A DNA stretch of 64,000 nt. Source: Candidatus Saccharimonadota bacterium (GTDB lineage: Bacteria > Patescibacteriota > Saccharimonadia > Saccharimonadales > JAICHO01). The stretch covers positions 604 through 64,603 of the forward strand of contig JAICHO010000002.1 of NCBI GenBank assembly GCA_025924835.1, read 5' to 3'. Position numbers and translations under genes: made by a program. Below are positions 19,336 to 28,287 of the stretch, in pieces. Each line of letters opens with the position of its first letter. The stretch's first letter is position 1. The notes under the pieces were generated by a model. That model searched no databases. It was not told where the DNA came from and saw only the letters and a list, made by a program, of their open reading frames with translations.

Positions 19336-21931
19336 AAAAGGTTTTAACTTCTTTTATGGCACGCTTTTTCCAGGCACTTTGCCACTCGAGCATTTCGTGG
19401 CCTTGTTTATATGATCGGTCCAGTGCCGGGACCATTTTGGCGGTAAAGAACTTTTCGTACTCAGGTATAAAGCTGGTGTCGCTAAATACGCGGGCAGCAT
19501 ATATAGGCATACGGTAAAAACTGAGGTCTGTCCCCAGGTTCTCCTGCAACCACACCCAATTTTCCTTGAGCCATTCCCACGTTTGCTTACGGCCATAACG
19601 ATTTAGAAAACTGTACGCAATCCAGTAGGCGGCATCCTGGAGCCGAACGGTGTCAGAAGTAATGAGCTCCAGCGAACGGGCAATAAGCTCAGGTTGCTGG
19701 AAGCCTGTTAGTGCTGCCGCCAAAGTAACACGCTCTTCGCTCAGAGATGAAGCATTATGAAGCCTTAACAACTTATCAAATTCGGACTTACCACCAAGAC
19801 GTGCGACGGTTCCAAATACAGTCCCCCGCAAATCGGGGTCAATATCTATACCGCGCTTGACATTTTGCTGGCCGGCAGCAGTTCGTAAATCTGGTGATAC
19901 TTCATCCACCTCCCGAATAACGGCGAAGAGATCCTGACATTTTTTCACAATTACGGGCTCGTCGGCACTGGCCGCCAGCCCTAGTATCAAAGGCCGCAGT
20001 AGACGATCAAAATGACTATCAGCGTCCCTTCTATCCCAGCCTAGTCGCTGAAGCTGACTTGCGACCAGCTGCCGTATATAAGGCTTCATTTGCTCGCGCA
20101 AGCCTTCATCGTCCATGACGAGCCGCAAATTACCGATAGCCGAGACTAAACTGTCCCATACCGCATAATTATCTTCGGCTTTAAAATGGCTTAAGAAGTG
20201 AAGCGCATCGGTCGTGTCACAGTAGCCGGCTTTGGCCGATTCAAACAAATCAGTGAGCAAGCCCAATCTATCAAGTGGTGCCATATGCCCCCTGTCAATC
20301 TGCTGGCCAAGTCGCTGTAAATGACTAGCGTTATAAACCGTACGGTAAAATCCACTCTGACCAGCATTGAACTTGAGCTTTTTAGTTTCTGGTGTTTTGA
20401 GCTGTTTGGTTGCCATAGTAAGCGAATCTAGCTCTGGTTGTTCGGTCAAAAGGGGTATAGGCCAAATCTGGCTGCTGTTATGTTCGTGCGATGGATTCGT
20501 ATAAAAGCGAACCTGTTTAAGCGTGACGGCATCATCGTCAATGCTTGCCCGTAATAAGGGGAACCCGGACTGCGAGGTCCACTTATCCATAAAACTATGT
20601 ACCGGTTTACCGGAAACCTCTTGCAGGCTTGCCCATAAGTCTTTGGTTTCAGTATTACCATATTTGTGAATAGCTAAATAATGCCTTAAGCCGTCACGAA
20701 ACAGTTCGTGACCCAGATATTCGTGAAGCATATGTATCACGCTGGCGCCTTTACTGTAGCTTATGGCGTCAAAAATAGTGCGTATTTCGTCTGGATGATG
20801 TACTGTCACCTCTATTGGATGCGTATTGTCCAGGGAGTCGAGCTTAAGTGCTGGTTGCTGTTCGTCAATGACAAACTGAGTCCATACTTGCCAGTCCGGA
20901 AACATATGATCGGTGGCTAGATATTCCATCCAGCTCGCAAAGCCTTCGTTTAACCATAAATCGGTCCACCAGCGCATAGTGACCAAGTTGCCAAACCATT
21001 GGTGTGTTAGCTCGTGGGCTACCACCAAAGCGACGTACTGTTTGGTACTGAGCGAGGTGTTATGCGGGTCTACCAGCATTGCCTGTTCACGAAATGTTAT
21101 GCACCCCCAGTTTTCCATAGCTCCAGACGCAAAATCCGGCAGTGCGATGATGTCGCATTTAGGTAACGGGTAGTCAATGCCAAAATAATCATTATAAAAT
21201 TCCAGGCATTTTACTGCTGTTTCAAGTGCGAAATCAGTGAACTGAACGTTGTCCGGTGTGGCATATGCCCTAATTGTGACCCCATCCTTTGTTTTAGCCT
21301 CTTTGAAGTCCAGCTCGCCCAGGACAAAGGCTAACAGATAAGTACTCATATGTGGAGTTGGTTCAAAATGAGTTGTGGTTTGGCCGTGCGCAGTCTTTTG
21401 GCTGCGCACAGGCGTGTTGGAAAGCATTGTTTCTTTAGCGGGGCCAGTAAGTGTAAGCTCAAATACGGCTTTTGCTTCCGGCTCGTCAATACAGGGAAAT
21501 ACCTCGCGGGCATGATGTGACTCAAACTGCGTGGCTATTAATTTCTTTGATTCGCCGCCGTGTTCAAAAAAGCATGGATAAATACCATTCATTTGGCGGG
21601 TAATTTTGCCGTTAAACTCCAAAGTGACCGTGTAATGGCCGGGATACAACATAGTTTTGGTGTGCAAGCGAACTTCGTCGTATTTTTTATGATGATTGAT
21701 CCTATCCGCAACCACGTCAACATCACCTTTTTTATCATGCTTGGTGACGTGGGCGCTGATGACGGTAAGGCCATTTTGATGAAACGTCAGCCGTTGACTA
21801 GGTCGTCCTGAACGCTGGCCGTTAATAATGACACTGCCCGCAAAAGTCATATTTTCTCGGTCAATCGAAATATCTAATAGATACTTCTTGGGCTGGAACT
21901 GCGAAAACAACCTCGTCACATCTTTGCTCAT
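19310..21931 (-). CDS. pepN: M1-family zinc aminopeptidase (aminopeptidase N type) with an ERAP1-like C-terminal domain
   Basis: 873 aa with GAMENWG and HELTHQWFGNLVTMRWWTDLWLNEGFA (HEXXH-18-E). Confidence 0.9.
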   Translation of the reverse strand: MSKDVTRLFSQFQPKKYLLDISIDRENMTFAGSVIINGQRSGRPSQRLTFHQNGLTVISAHVTKHDKKGDVDVVADRINHHKKYDEVRLHTKTMLYPGHYTVTLEFNGKITRQMNGIYPCFFEHGGESKKLIATQFESHHAREVFPCIDEPEAKAVFELTLTGPAKETMLSNTPVRSQKTAHGQTTTHFEPTPHMSTYLLAFVLGELDFKEAKTKDGVTIRAYATPDNVQFTDFALETAVKCLEFYNDYFGIDYPLPKCDIIALPDFASGAMENWGCITFREQAMLVDPHNTSLSTKQYVALVVAHELTHQWFGNLVTMRWWTDLWLNEGFASWMEYLATDHMFPDWQVWTQFVIDEQQPALKLDSLDNTHPIEVTVHHPDEIRTIFDAISYSKGASVIHMLHEYLGHELFRDGLRHYLAIHKYGNTETKDLWASLQEVSGKPVHSFMDKWTSQSGFPLLRASIDDDAVTLKQVRFYTNPSHEHNSSQIWPIPLLTEQPELDSLTMATKQLKTPETKKLKFNAGQSGFYRTVYNASHLQRLGQQIDRGHMAPLDRLGLLTDLFESAKAGYCDTTDALHFLSHFKAEDNYAVWDSLVSAIGNLRLVMDDEGLREQMKPYIRQLVASQLQRLGWDRRDADSHFDRLLRPLILGLAASADEPVIVKKCQDLFAVIREVDEVSPDLRTAAGQQNVKRGIDIDPDLRGTVFGTVARLGGKSEFDKLLRLHNASSLSEERVTLAAALTGFQQPELIARSLELITSDTVRLQDAAYWIAYSFLNRYGRKQTWEWLKENWVWLQENLGTDLSFYRMPIYAARVFSDTSFIPEYEKFFTAKMVPALDRSYKQGHEMLEWQSAWKKRAIKEVKTFFSQYKQAQ

Positions 21932-21996
21932 ACTACCTCTATCTTAACATGTACGTTATCCTGGGAGTCAGACGTTATAATAAAACCGGTTATACA

Positions 21997-22025
21997 TTGA
22001 CACAAAGTACAATTGAGCATAAAGT
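21997..22025 (+). promoter_or_regulatory. Candidate nusA promoter TTGACA-17-TAAAGT
   Basis: TTGACA at 21997-22002, a 17-nt spacer, and TAAAGT at 22020-22025, about 58 nt upstream of ATG 22084. Confidence 0.4.
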
Positions 22026-22083
22026 TATAAGCGTTACTAGTCGGCCAACAGGTCGGCTTTTTTCATACAGAAAGGTGAAATCA

Positions 22084-23250
22084 ATGGATTTAGATGTTAA
22101 ACAACTGGCTTTAGCGGTTAAAACTATCGCCGAGGAAAAAAATCTACCAGAAGATATGGTACAAGAGATTGTAGAACAAGCTTTAGCGGCTGCATACAGA
22201 CGCGACTACGGTGACCGCGAACAAGAAGTGCGGGTAAGTATGAATATGAATACAGGCGAAGTTGACGCCTATATCAGTAAGGAAATCGTAGATAATGTGA
22301 CTGACGAACGGTTTGAGATTAGTCTTAAGGATGCTGGTGTCATGAAAAAGAACGCCCAGGTGGGTGATACTATTGAGATTTTTCAAAAAGTTGAATCTTT
22401 CGGCCGGGTAGCTGCTCAAACCGCCAAACAGGTTGTTTTACAGAGGTTACGGGAAGCGGAACGCGAAATTATCATGAACGAATACGAAGATAAAATCGGG
22501 ACCGTTGTTAATGGTATTGTCGGGCGCGTTGAAGGCAACATTGTTCGCATAGATTTGGGTAAAGCCCAAGGCATTATGCCCAGAAGCGAGCAGATTCAAG
22601 GAGAGCGTTACTATCCAGGTCAGCGCTTAAAAGTCTTCCTTAAGGATGTGGAACGGGGATTTCGCGGACCGCAACTGGTGGTTTCGCGTGGCAATAATGA
22701 GTTTATAGAGTGGTTATTCAGGGGTGAAGTCCCCGAAATGGAAAGTGGTGCCGTAGAAATTAAGGGTATCGCACGCGAAGCCGGAGTGCGCAGCAAGATC
22801 GCTGTGGCCAGCAGTGTCCCGGGCGTGGACCCGGTTGGAACGTTTGTGGGCGGCCATGGTACACGCGTTAATGCGGTCATGAGCGAAGTTGGTGAACAAG
22901 AAAAGATTGACATCGTGGTGTTTAATGAAGATGCCACGGCGTATATTATCAATGCTCTGAGTCCTACTAAGGTTGCCAAAGTTGAAATTGATGAAGCCGC
23001 CAAGAAGGCTAAAGTTATTGTGCCAGAGGATCAATTAAGCATTGCGATCGGCAAAAGCGGCCAGAATGTTCGGTTGGCAAGTAAGCTAACAGGCTACGAA
23101 CTCGACATAGTTTCCGAACAAAATACCGCTCCGGATCAGCTAGGTAACGAAGAGGTCAAAACTGTCGCGCCACCGAAGCTTAAGAAGAAAGAACAGCTGG
23201 AAAGCTCGCTGCTTGAAGCCATAGAAGAGCACGGCACAGAAGATAAATAA
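22084..23250 (+). CDS. nusA: Transcription termination/antitermination factor NusA
   Basis: NusA N-terminal domain, S1 and two KH domains (GKSGQNVRLASKLTGYELDI). The track ORF starts at 21949, but ATG 22084 (MDLDVKQLALAV...) with AAAGGTGA upstream matches family N-termini. Confidence 0.9.
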   Translation: MDLDVKQLALAVKTIAEEKNLPEDMVQEIVEQALAAAYRRDYGDREQEVRVSMNMNTGEVDAYISKEIVDNVTDERFEISLKDAGVMKKNAQVGDTIEIFQKVESFGRVAAQTAKQVVLQRLREAEREIIMNEYEDKIGTVVNGIVGRVEGNIVRIDLGKAQGIMPRSEQIQGERYYPGQRLKVFLKDVERGFRGPQLVVSRGNNEFIEWLFRGEVPEMESGAVEIKGIAREAGVRSKIAVASSVPGVDPVGTFVGGHGTRVNAVMSEVGEQEKIDIVVFNEDATAYIINALSPTKVAKVEIDEAAKKAKVIVPEDQLSIAIGKSGQNVRLASKLTGYELDIVSEQNTAPDQLGNEEVKTVAPPKLKKKEQLESSLLEAIEEHGTEDK

Positions 23251-23302
23251 GGTTACAGAATAGGCATACGCGGCTTTCTAATGCTTGCTAACAATTTATT
23301 AT

Positions 23303-23329
23303 TTGGCACTCTTGACCTATGAGTGCCAA
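23303..23329. promoter_or_regulatory. CIRCE-like inverted repeat (HrcA operator type) upstream of clpC
   Basis: TTGGCACTC-TTGACCTAT-GAGTGCCAA versus the CIRCE consensus TTAGCACTC-N9-GAGTGCTAA. The 9-bp arms are perfectly complementary. The spacer holds TTGACC, with ATTATA 17 nt downstream (23335-23340). Confidence 0.7.
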
Positions 23330-23390
23330 GTGGTATTATAGAAAGAGCGAAATTATTAAGATATTCGCGCGGAGGAGTGGGTAAATAACA

Positions 23391-25871
23391 ATGATGCCTA
23401 ATTCAAATGATTTTCAAGAGTTTTATAATCACCTGACCGATAATGCGTTGAACAGCCTTAAGCATGCCGACGCTATCGCACGTGGTTTTGGCAGCGCTTA
23501 TGTCGGTACCGAACACTTATTGCTTGGAGTATTGGCGCAGGATAGCAGTATGGGCGCAAAGATTTTGTCTGATGCGGGGGTTACGCTTGACCGGGCCCGT
23601 TTAGTCCTTAATTTAACGCCTAAAACATTAGTAATTAATTTGGGTGGTAAGGGCTACAGCGAAACGGCGAAACTTACGCTTAAGATGGCACAGGATGTCG
23701 CGCAAGAATTTAATCAGGAATATACGGGTACTGAGCATATTCTGTATAGCATCCTTAGCCAGAAAAATGCTCGCGCTACTAAGTTACTGGCGGACATGAA
23801 CGTCAATGTAGATGCTTTGAATAGCGAACTGGAGCAGTTCCTGAATCGGCAACAGTATGATGAAGAAAGTGAAGCCGCTACGGAAAATCGCCGTCGTACA
23901 AAAAAACAGCGAAAAACAGCTTTGGACTTTTTTGGGACAGACCTGACCTCTATGGCCCGGCAAGGAAAGCTTGATCCTGTCGTGGGCCGGGAACCCCAAA
24001 TTAAGCGCGTTATTACAATTTTGAATCGGCGTACAAAGAATAATCCGGTACTTATAGGTGAGCCGGGTGTTGGTAAGACAGCAATTGTCGAGGGTCTGGC
24101 GCAGCGCATAGTCGCAGAGGATGTGCCTGATAGTTTGTTGGACAAAAGAATTGTTATGCTTGATCTGGCGGGTATGATCGCTGGCACAAAGTATCGCGGT
24201 GAATTTGAGGAACGCCTTAAAAAGGTGATGAGCGAGCTGGAGCACGATACCAAAACTATCGTATTTATTGATGAGCTGCACCTTATAGTCGGTGCCGGTG
24301 CCGCCGAAGGGGCAATGGATGCAGGCAATATACTTAAACCGGCGCTTGCGCGCGGCAAAATTCAGGTTATTGGCGCGACAACTACTGCCGAATACACCAA
24401 GCACATTGAAAAAGACGCGGCCTTAGAGCGGCGGTTCCAGCCGGTACAAGTCCCGGAAACGACAGTCCCGGAAACTTTGGCAATCCTAAAAGGCCTACGC
24501 AAACATTACGAGGCTTTCCATGGTGTAAAAGTTAGTGACGAAGTTCTTGATGATACCGTCACCCTTGCAAAACGGTATATTAATGATCGTTTCATGCCTG
24601 ATAAAGCAATAGATTTATTGGACGAGGCAGCTGCGTATCTACGTGTGGACAAGGGGAAAACATCACCTGAAGTCCGCAAACTTCAAAAAGAGTTAAAGCT
24701 TGTGAATACTCGTATTGATGATGCGGTTGATAACGAAGATTATGAAAAGGCTGCCAAATTCAAACAGCGGGCCAGCCAAATTAACGAAGACTTAAAAAAG
24801 TTAGAGGCAAGCGGCAAAGCCGTGAAACGTCTTGTGCTTAGCAGTGAGGATGTAGCTGACGTAGTATCGCGCATGACCGGTGTCCCTGTCAGCAAGGTTA
24901 TCCGATCCGAAGCCAAGTACTTGCTTAACTTGGAAAAAACACTGAGCAAATTCGTAATTGGTCAAAGCGAGGCCGTTAGCGCTGTTGCTAAAGCTGTGCG
25001 CCGCAACCGTTCTGGGGTTGGAGCCTCCGGCCGTCCAATTGGTTCCTTTATTTTCCTTGGTCCTACGGGCGTCGGGAAGACCGAACTGGCGCGTGTGTTA
25101 GCGCGGGAATTCTTCGGCTCGGAAGATTCACTCATTAAAATTGATATGAGCGAATTCGGTGAGCACCACAATGTATCGCGCTTGGTTGGTGCCCCGGCCG
25201 GCTATGTCGGTTATGACGACGGCGGGCAGTTGACTGATAAAATACGTCGGCAGCCATACAGTTTAGTCTTGTTTGATGAAATTGAAAAAGCACACCCTGA
25301 CGTCTTCAATATGTTACTGCAGGTACTGGAGGACGGCGTTCTAACGGACGCTAAAGGCCGCAAGATTGATTTTAGTAACACGATCGTCATTATGACAAGC
25401 AACATTGGAGCAGAGCGCTTACAGAAAGAAGCGGCGCTGGGCTTCCAGGTAGACAGCCATGCCGCAAGTGAGGATTTGGACAATTTGCACGAAGCAAACA
25501 AAGAAAAAGTGCAGGATGCCCTTAAGAAAATGATGCGCCCTGAACTGTTGAACCGCATAGACAAGACCATTGTCTTCCGTGCTTTGACCAAAAAAGACAT
25601 TCTAAACATACTGGATCTACAACTTAACGAGTTGCGTACACGGTTAGCGAAGCATGGGCTAGGTCTTGAACTAAACCCAGGCGCTAAAGAGTATCTATTA
25701 GAACACGGCTATGATTCCAAAAATGGCGTTCGGCCTATGCGCCGTCTGATTCAGGATACGCTGGAAGACCATGTCGCTTTTGAACTATTAGAAAATAAAT
25801 TCCAAAAAGGCGATATCGTTAAGGTGGCAGCTCATAAAAACGAGTTAGAATATAGCGTTGTTTCTGAATAA
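23391..25871 (+). CDS. clpC: ATP-dependent Clp protease ATP-binding subunit ClpC-type (two AAA+ modules)
   Basis: 826 aa with double Clp_N repeats, Walker A GEPGVGKT and GPTGVGKT, and a UVR-like linker ([23 protein letters not shown]). Confidence 0.9.
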   Translation: MMPNSNDFQEFYNHLTDNALNSLKHADAIARGFGSAYVGTEHLLLGVLAQDSSMGAKILSDAGVTLDRARLVLNLTPKTLVINLGGKGYSETAKLTLKMAQDVAQEFNQEYTGTEHILYSILSQKNARATKLLADMNVNVDALNSELEQFLNRQQYDEESEAATENRRRTKKQRKTALDFFGTDLTSMARQGKLDPVVGREPQIKRVITILNRRTKNNPVLIGEPGVGKTAIVEGLAQRIVAEDVPDSLLDKRIVMLDLAGMIAGTKYRGEFEERLKKVMSELEHDTKTIVFIDELHLIVGAGAAEGAMDAGNILKPALARGKIQVIGATTTAEYTKHIEKDAALERRFQPVQVPETTVPETLAILKGLRKHYEAFHGVKVSDEVLDDTVTLAKRYINDRFMPDKAIDLLDEAAAYLRVDKGKTSPEVRKLQKELKLVNTRIDDAVDNEDYEKAAKFKQRASQINEDLKKLEASGKAVKRLVLSSEDVADVVSRMTGVPVSKVIRSEAKYLLNLEKTLSKFVIGQSEAVSAVAKAVRRNRSGVGASGRPIGSFIFLGPTGVGKTELARVLAREFFGSEDSLIKIDMSEFGEHHNVSRLVGAPAGYVGYDDGGQLTDKIRRQPYSLVLFDEIEKAHPDVFNMLLQVLEDGVLTDAKGRKIDFSNTIVIMTSNIGAERLQKEAALGFQVDSHAASEDLDNLHEANKEKVQDALKKMMRPELLNRIDKTIVFRALTKKDILNILDLQLNELRTRLAKHGLGLELNPGAKEYLLEHGYDSKNGVRPMRRLIQDTLEDHVAFELLENKFQKGDIVKVAAHKNELEYSVVSE

Positions 25872-25894
25872 ATCCGTCATGTTACACTGACCAT

Positions 25895-26860
25895 ATGATA
25901 CGTAGTAAGCGCACAGGCGTCATCATTACAGCCCTACTTTTAGCTATCTTAGGAATGCTGTGGTGGCAACGATGGAATGTCTACGACGCGTTACGGCTTA
26001 GAAACTATCAAGCATCATCTCAAATCGTTCAATTAGCCAGTGAAGCAGGGATGAATGATCATGGGCGACATTTGTTTTATGTGTATCACCCAGAGTTGGA
26101 TGAAAAGCAGGCATTTAATCAAAATTGCAAAAATAATGAACAAACTATTGTTTTGGGTTGTTATGTAGATGGTGAGGGAATTTATATATATAACGTGACT
26201 GATCCGCGTCTGCAGGGAATAACACAAGTAACGGCTGCCCATGAAATGCTACATGCCGCCTATGGCCGATTAAATGCTAGTGACAAGACGCGCATTGACA
26301 ATTTGCTCAACCAAACATATGCAAAAATGGATAACGCCCGTCTTAAAGAAACCATAGAAGATTATAGGAAGAACGGCGCCGATGTAACCAATGAGCTGCA
26401 CTCTATTTTAGGAACAGAGACGCGTGACCTCCCGCCCGAACTTGAGGATTACTACTCACGGTATTTTAGTAATCGCACGCAGGTTGTAGAACAATCTGAG
26501 AAATATGAACAGGCATTTGAGATGCGTAAGCAACAAGTTGGTGATGACGATAAGCAATTGCAATCACTTAAGCAGCAGATAGACACTGCCCAGAATGACT
26601 TAAGTAGGCAAAAGACAAGCCTTGATCAAGACCGTGCCAGGCTTGACGGTTTGCTGGCGGCAAAACAATATGAGGCGTACAACCAGGGCGTACCTGGCTT
26701 TAATGCCAAAGTGAACAGCTATAACGCGCAAGCTAAACATATCGGACAGTTGATCGATCAATATAATAACCTGGTAGCTCAGCGTAATGCCATCGCAACG
26801 GAAGAGAGCGAATTAATACAAGCAATTGACAGCCGGCCAAGCACAGTTCCGGAACAGTAA
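25895..26860 (+). CDS. Hypothetical membrane-anchored protein with an HEXXH motif and a Gln-rich coiled-coil tail
   Basis: 321 aa with an N-terminal TM helix (VIITALLLAILGMLWW) and TAAHEMLHAAYG. The C-terminal ~120 aa has a heptad-like Q/L/D/K-rich sequence. Confidence 0.5.
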   Translation: MIRSKRTGVIITALLLAILGMLWWQRWNVYDALRLRNYQASSQIVQLASEAGMNDHGRHLFYVYHPELDEKQAFNQNCKNNEQTIVLGCYVDGEGIYIYNVTDPRLQGITQVTAAHEMLHAAYGRLNASDKTRIDNLLNQTYAKMDNARLKETIEDYRKNGADVTNELHSILGTETRDLPPELEDYYSRYFSNRTQVVEQSEKYEQAFEMRKQQVGDDDKQLQSLKQQIDTAQNDLSRQKTSLDQDRARLDGLLAAKQYEAYNQGVPGFNAKVNSYNAQAKHIGQLIDQYNNLVAQRNAIATEESELIQAIDSRPSTVPEQ

Positions 26861-26892
26861 CCGGCTTAAAAGACTTAGGTTATTATATATAC

Positions 26893-28239
26893 ATGGCCAA
26901 AAAAGACTCGGTGCGTTATGTTTGCAGTAACTGTGGCGCTGTCAGCGCGACTTGGAGCGGTCGGTGCTATAACTGCGGCGAATGGAATACCTTGCAGGAG
27001 CAGCTTGATGTAGCCAGTAAGATGACACATCAAAAGGGTCATACTCTGGCGACACAGACCGTAACAAGTTCATTGGCAAAAGATCATAAACGGCTAACGA
27101 GCAGCATTGAAGAATTTGATACTGTTTTTGGATCAGGTATTGTTGCTGGTAGTGTTAATCTAATCGCCGGACAACCGGGAATTGGCAAAAGTACATTACT
27201 GTTGCAGCTGGCGCACGCGCTAGCAAAAAAATATAAAGTTTTGTATGTCAGCGGCGAAGAATCCGCTCATCAAATCGGTATACGGGCAGAACGGCTTGGC
27301 GTAAATCAAAAGAACTTACAGTTGGCCACCAGTACCGTAGCGGATGATATTGCTAGTACCATCAGCGCCAACGCATACGATTTAGTGATTGTGGATTCAA
27401 TACAAACGGTGAGTTGCAATGACATTGCTTCGGCGGCGGGCAGTGTCAGCCAAATTACAAACAGTACGGCTCTATTAACGGCCGCCGCCAAGCAAAGCGG
27501 CACGGCGCTGATCTTAGTTGGCCATGTAACCAAAGAAGGTTCAATTGCCGGCCCCAAAGTATTAGAACACGCTGTGGATGTGGTTTTACAACTGGAAGGT
27601 GATCGGTATGGGGGTTTCAAGATACTGCGGGCCGTAAAAAACCGCTACGGCTCTACTAATGAAGCAGGTATTTTTGAAATGACAGATACGGGCCTGCAGC
27701 CTGTTGCCAACCCTTCGGCCGCATTACTGGCTGAACGACAGGCCAGTGACGGCTCTGTCGTACTTGCGACCATGGAAGGTACAAGACCGTTACTAGTAGA
27801 AGTTCAGGCGCTGGTAAATCGTACCAGCTACGGCTATCCAAAGCGGGCTGCCAGCGGTATTGATTTAAACCGTATTAATTTACTGGTTGCTATGCTGGAG
27901 CGCCGGACCAAACTTAACCTAAGTGATCAGGACATTTATATTAATATTATTGGCGGCATCCGTTTAACCGAGCCGGCAGCGGATTTGGCGATATGCATGG
28001 CAATAGCCACAGCTAGCCGGAGTATGCAGCTCAAACAAAACGCGGTCGTTTTTGGCGAGGTGGGGTTATCGGGAGAAGTCCGTCATGTACCCTTTATAGA
28101 CAAGCGAATCGCCGAAGCCAAAAAACTTGGGTTTGATCTGGCAATCGGTCCGGTGACGCGGACGGGTAACAAGGATCGTTTTTACCAAAGCGTGCGTGAT
28201 ATTCGCAGCACTTTAAATACGTATTTAGGAAAAGACTAA
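26893..28239 (+). CDS. radA: DNA repair protein RadA/Sms
   Basis: N-terminal zinc ribbon CSNCGAVSATWSGRCYNCGEWNT, Walker A GQPGIGKST, a KNRYG motif and a Lon-like C-terminal domain. Confidence 0.93.
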   Translation: MAKKDSVRYVCSNCGAVSATWSGRCYNCGEWNTLQEQLDVASKMTHQKGHTLATQTVTSSLAKDHKRLTSSIEEFDTVFGSGIVAGSVNLIAGQPGIGKSTLLLQLAHALAKKYKVLYVSGEESAHQIGIRAERLGVNQKNLQLATSTVADDIASTISANAYDLVIVDSIQTVSCNDIASAAGSVSQITNSTALLTAAAKQSGTALILVGHVTKEGSIAGPKVLEHAVDVVLQLEGDRYGGFKILRAVKNRYGSTNEAGIFEMTDTGLQPVANPSAALLAERQASDGSVVLATMEGTRPLLVEVQALVNRTSYGYPKRAASGIDLNRINLLVAMLERRTKLNLSDQDIYINIIGGIRLTEPAADLAICMAIATASRSMQLKQNAVVFGEVGLSGEVRHVPFIDKRIAEAKKLGFDLAIGPVTRTGNKDRFYQSVRDIRSTLNTYLGKD

Positions 28240-28254
28240 CGGAGGGTGTATTAG

Positions 28255-28274
28255 AGCAATGGCTATCCATTGCT
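28255..28274. terminator. Possible bidirectional hairpin between convergent radA and the PBP gene
   Basis: AGCAATGG-ctat-CCATTGCT (8-bp stem) followed by TTGT. The T-tract is weak. Confidence 0.3.
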
Positions 28275-28287
28275 TTGTCGCCAAAAC

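Noticed and set aside
21949-22083. N-terminal extensions in the ORF track (nusA 21949, gatB 6381, rsmD 36286, rpoC 50356, rpsJ 59453, ORF 55132, rpoB 46800, rplC 61656)
   Set aside because: Longest-ORF calling overshoots here. The internal ATG/GTG starts give canonical family N-termini, have SD or overlap coupling, and avoid running into the upstream gene.
23714-24404. Two long antisense ORFs (214 and 206 aa) inside clpC
   Set aside because: They lie entirely within the strongly supported ClpC frame on the opposite strand. Their composition is Ser/Arg/Ile-rich and low-complexity, typical of shadow ORFs, and they lack start context.
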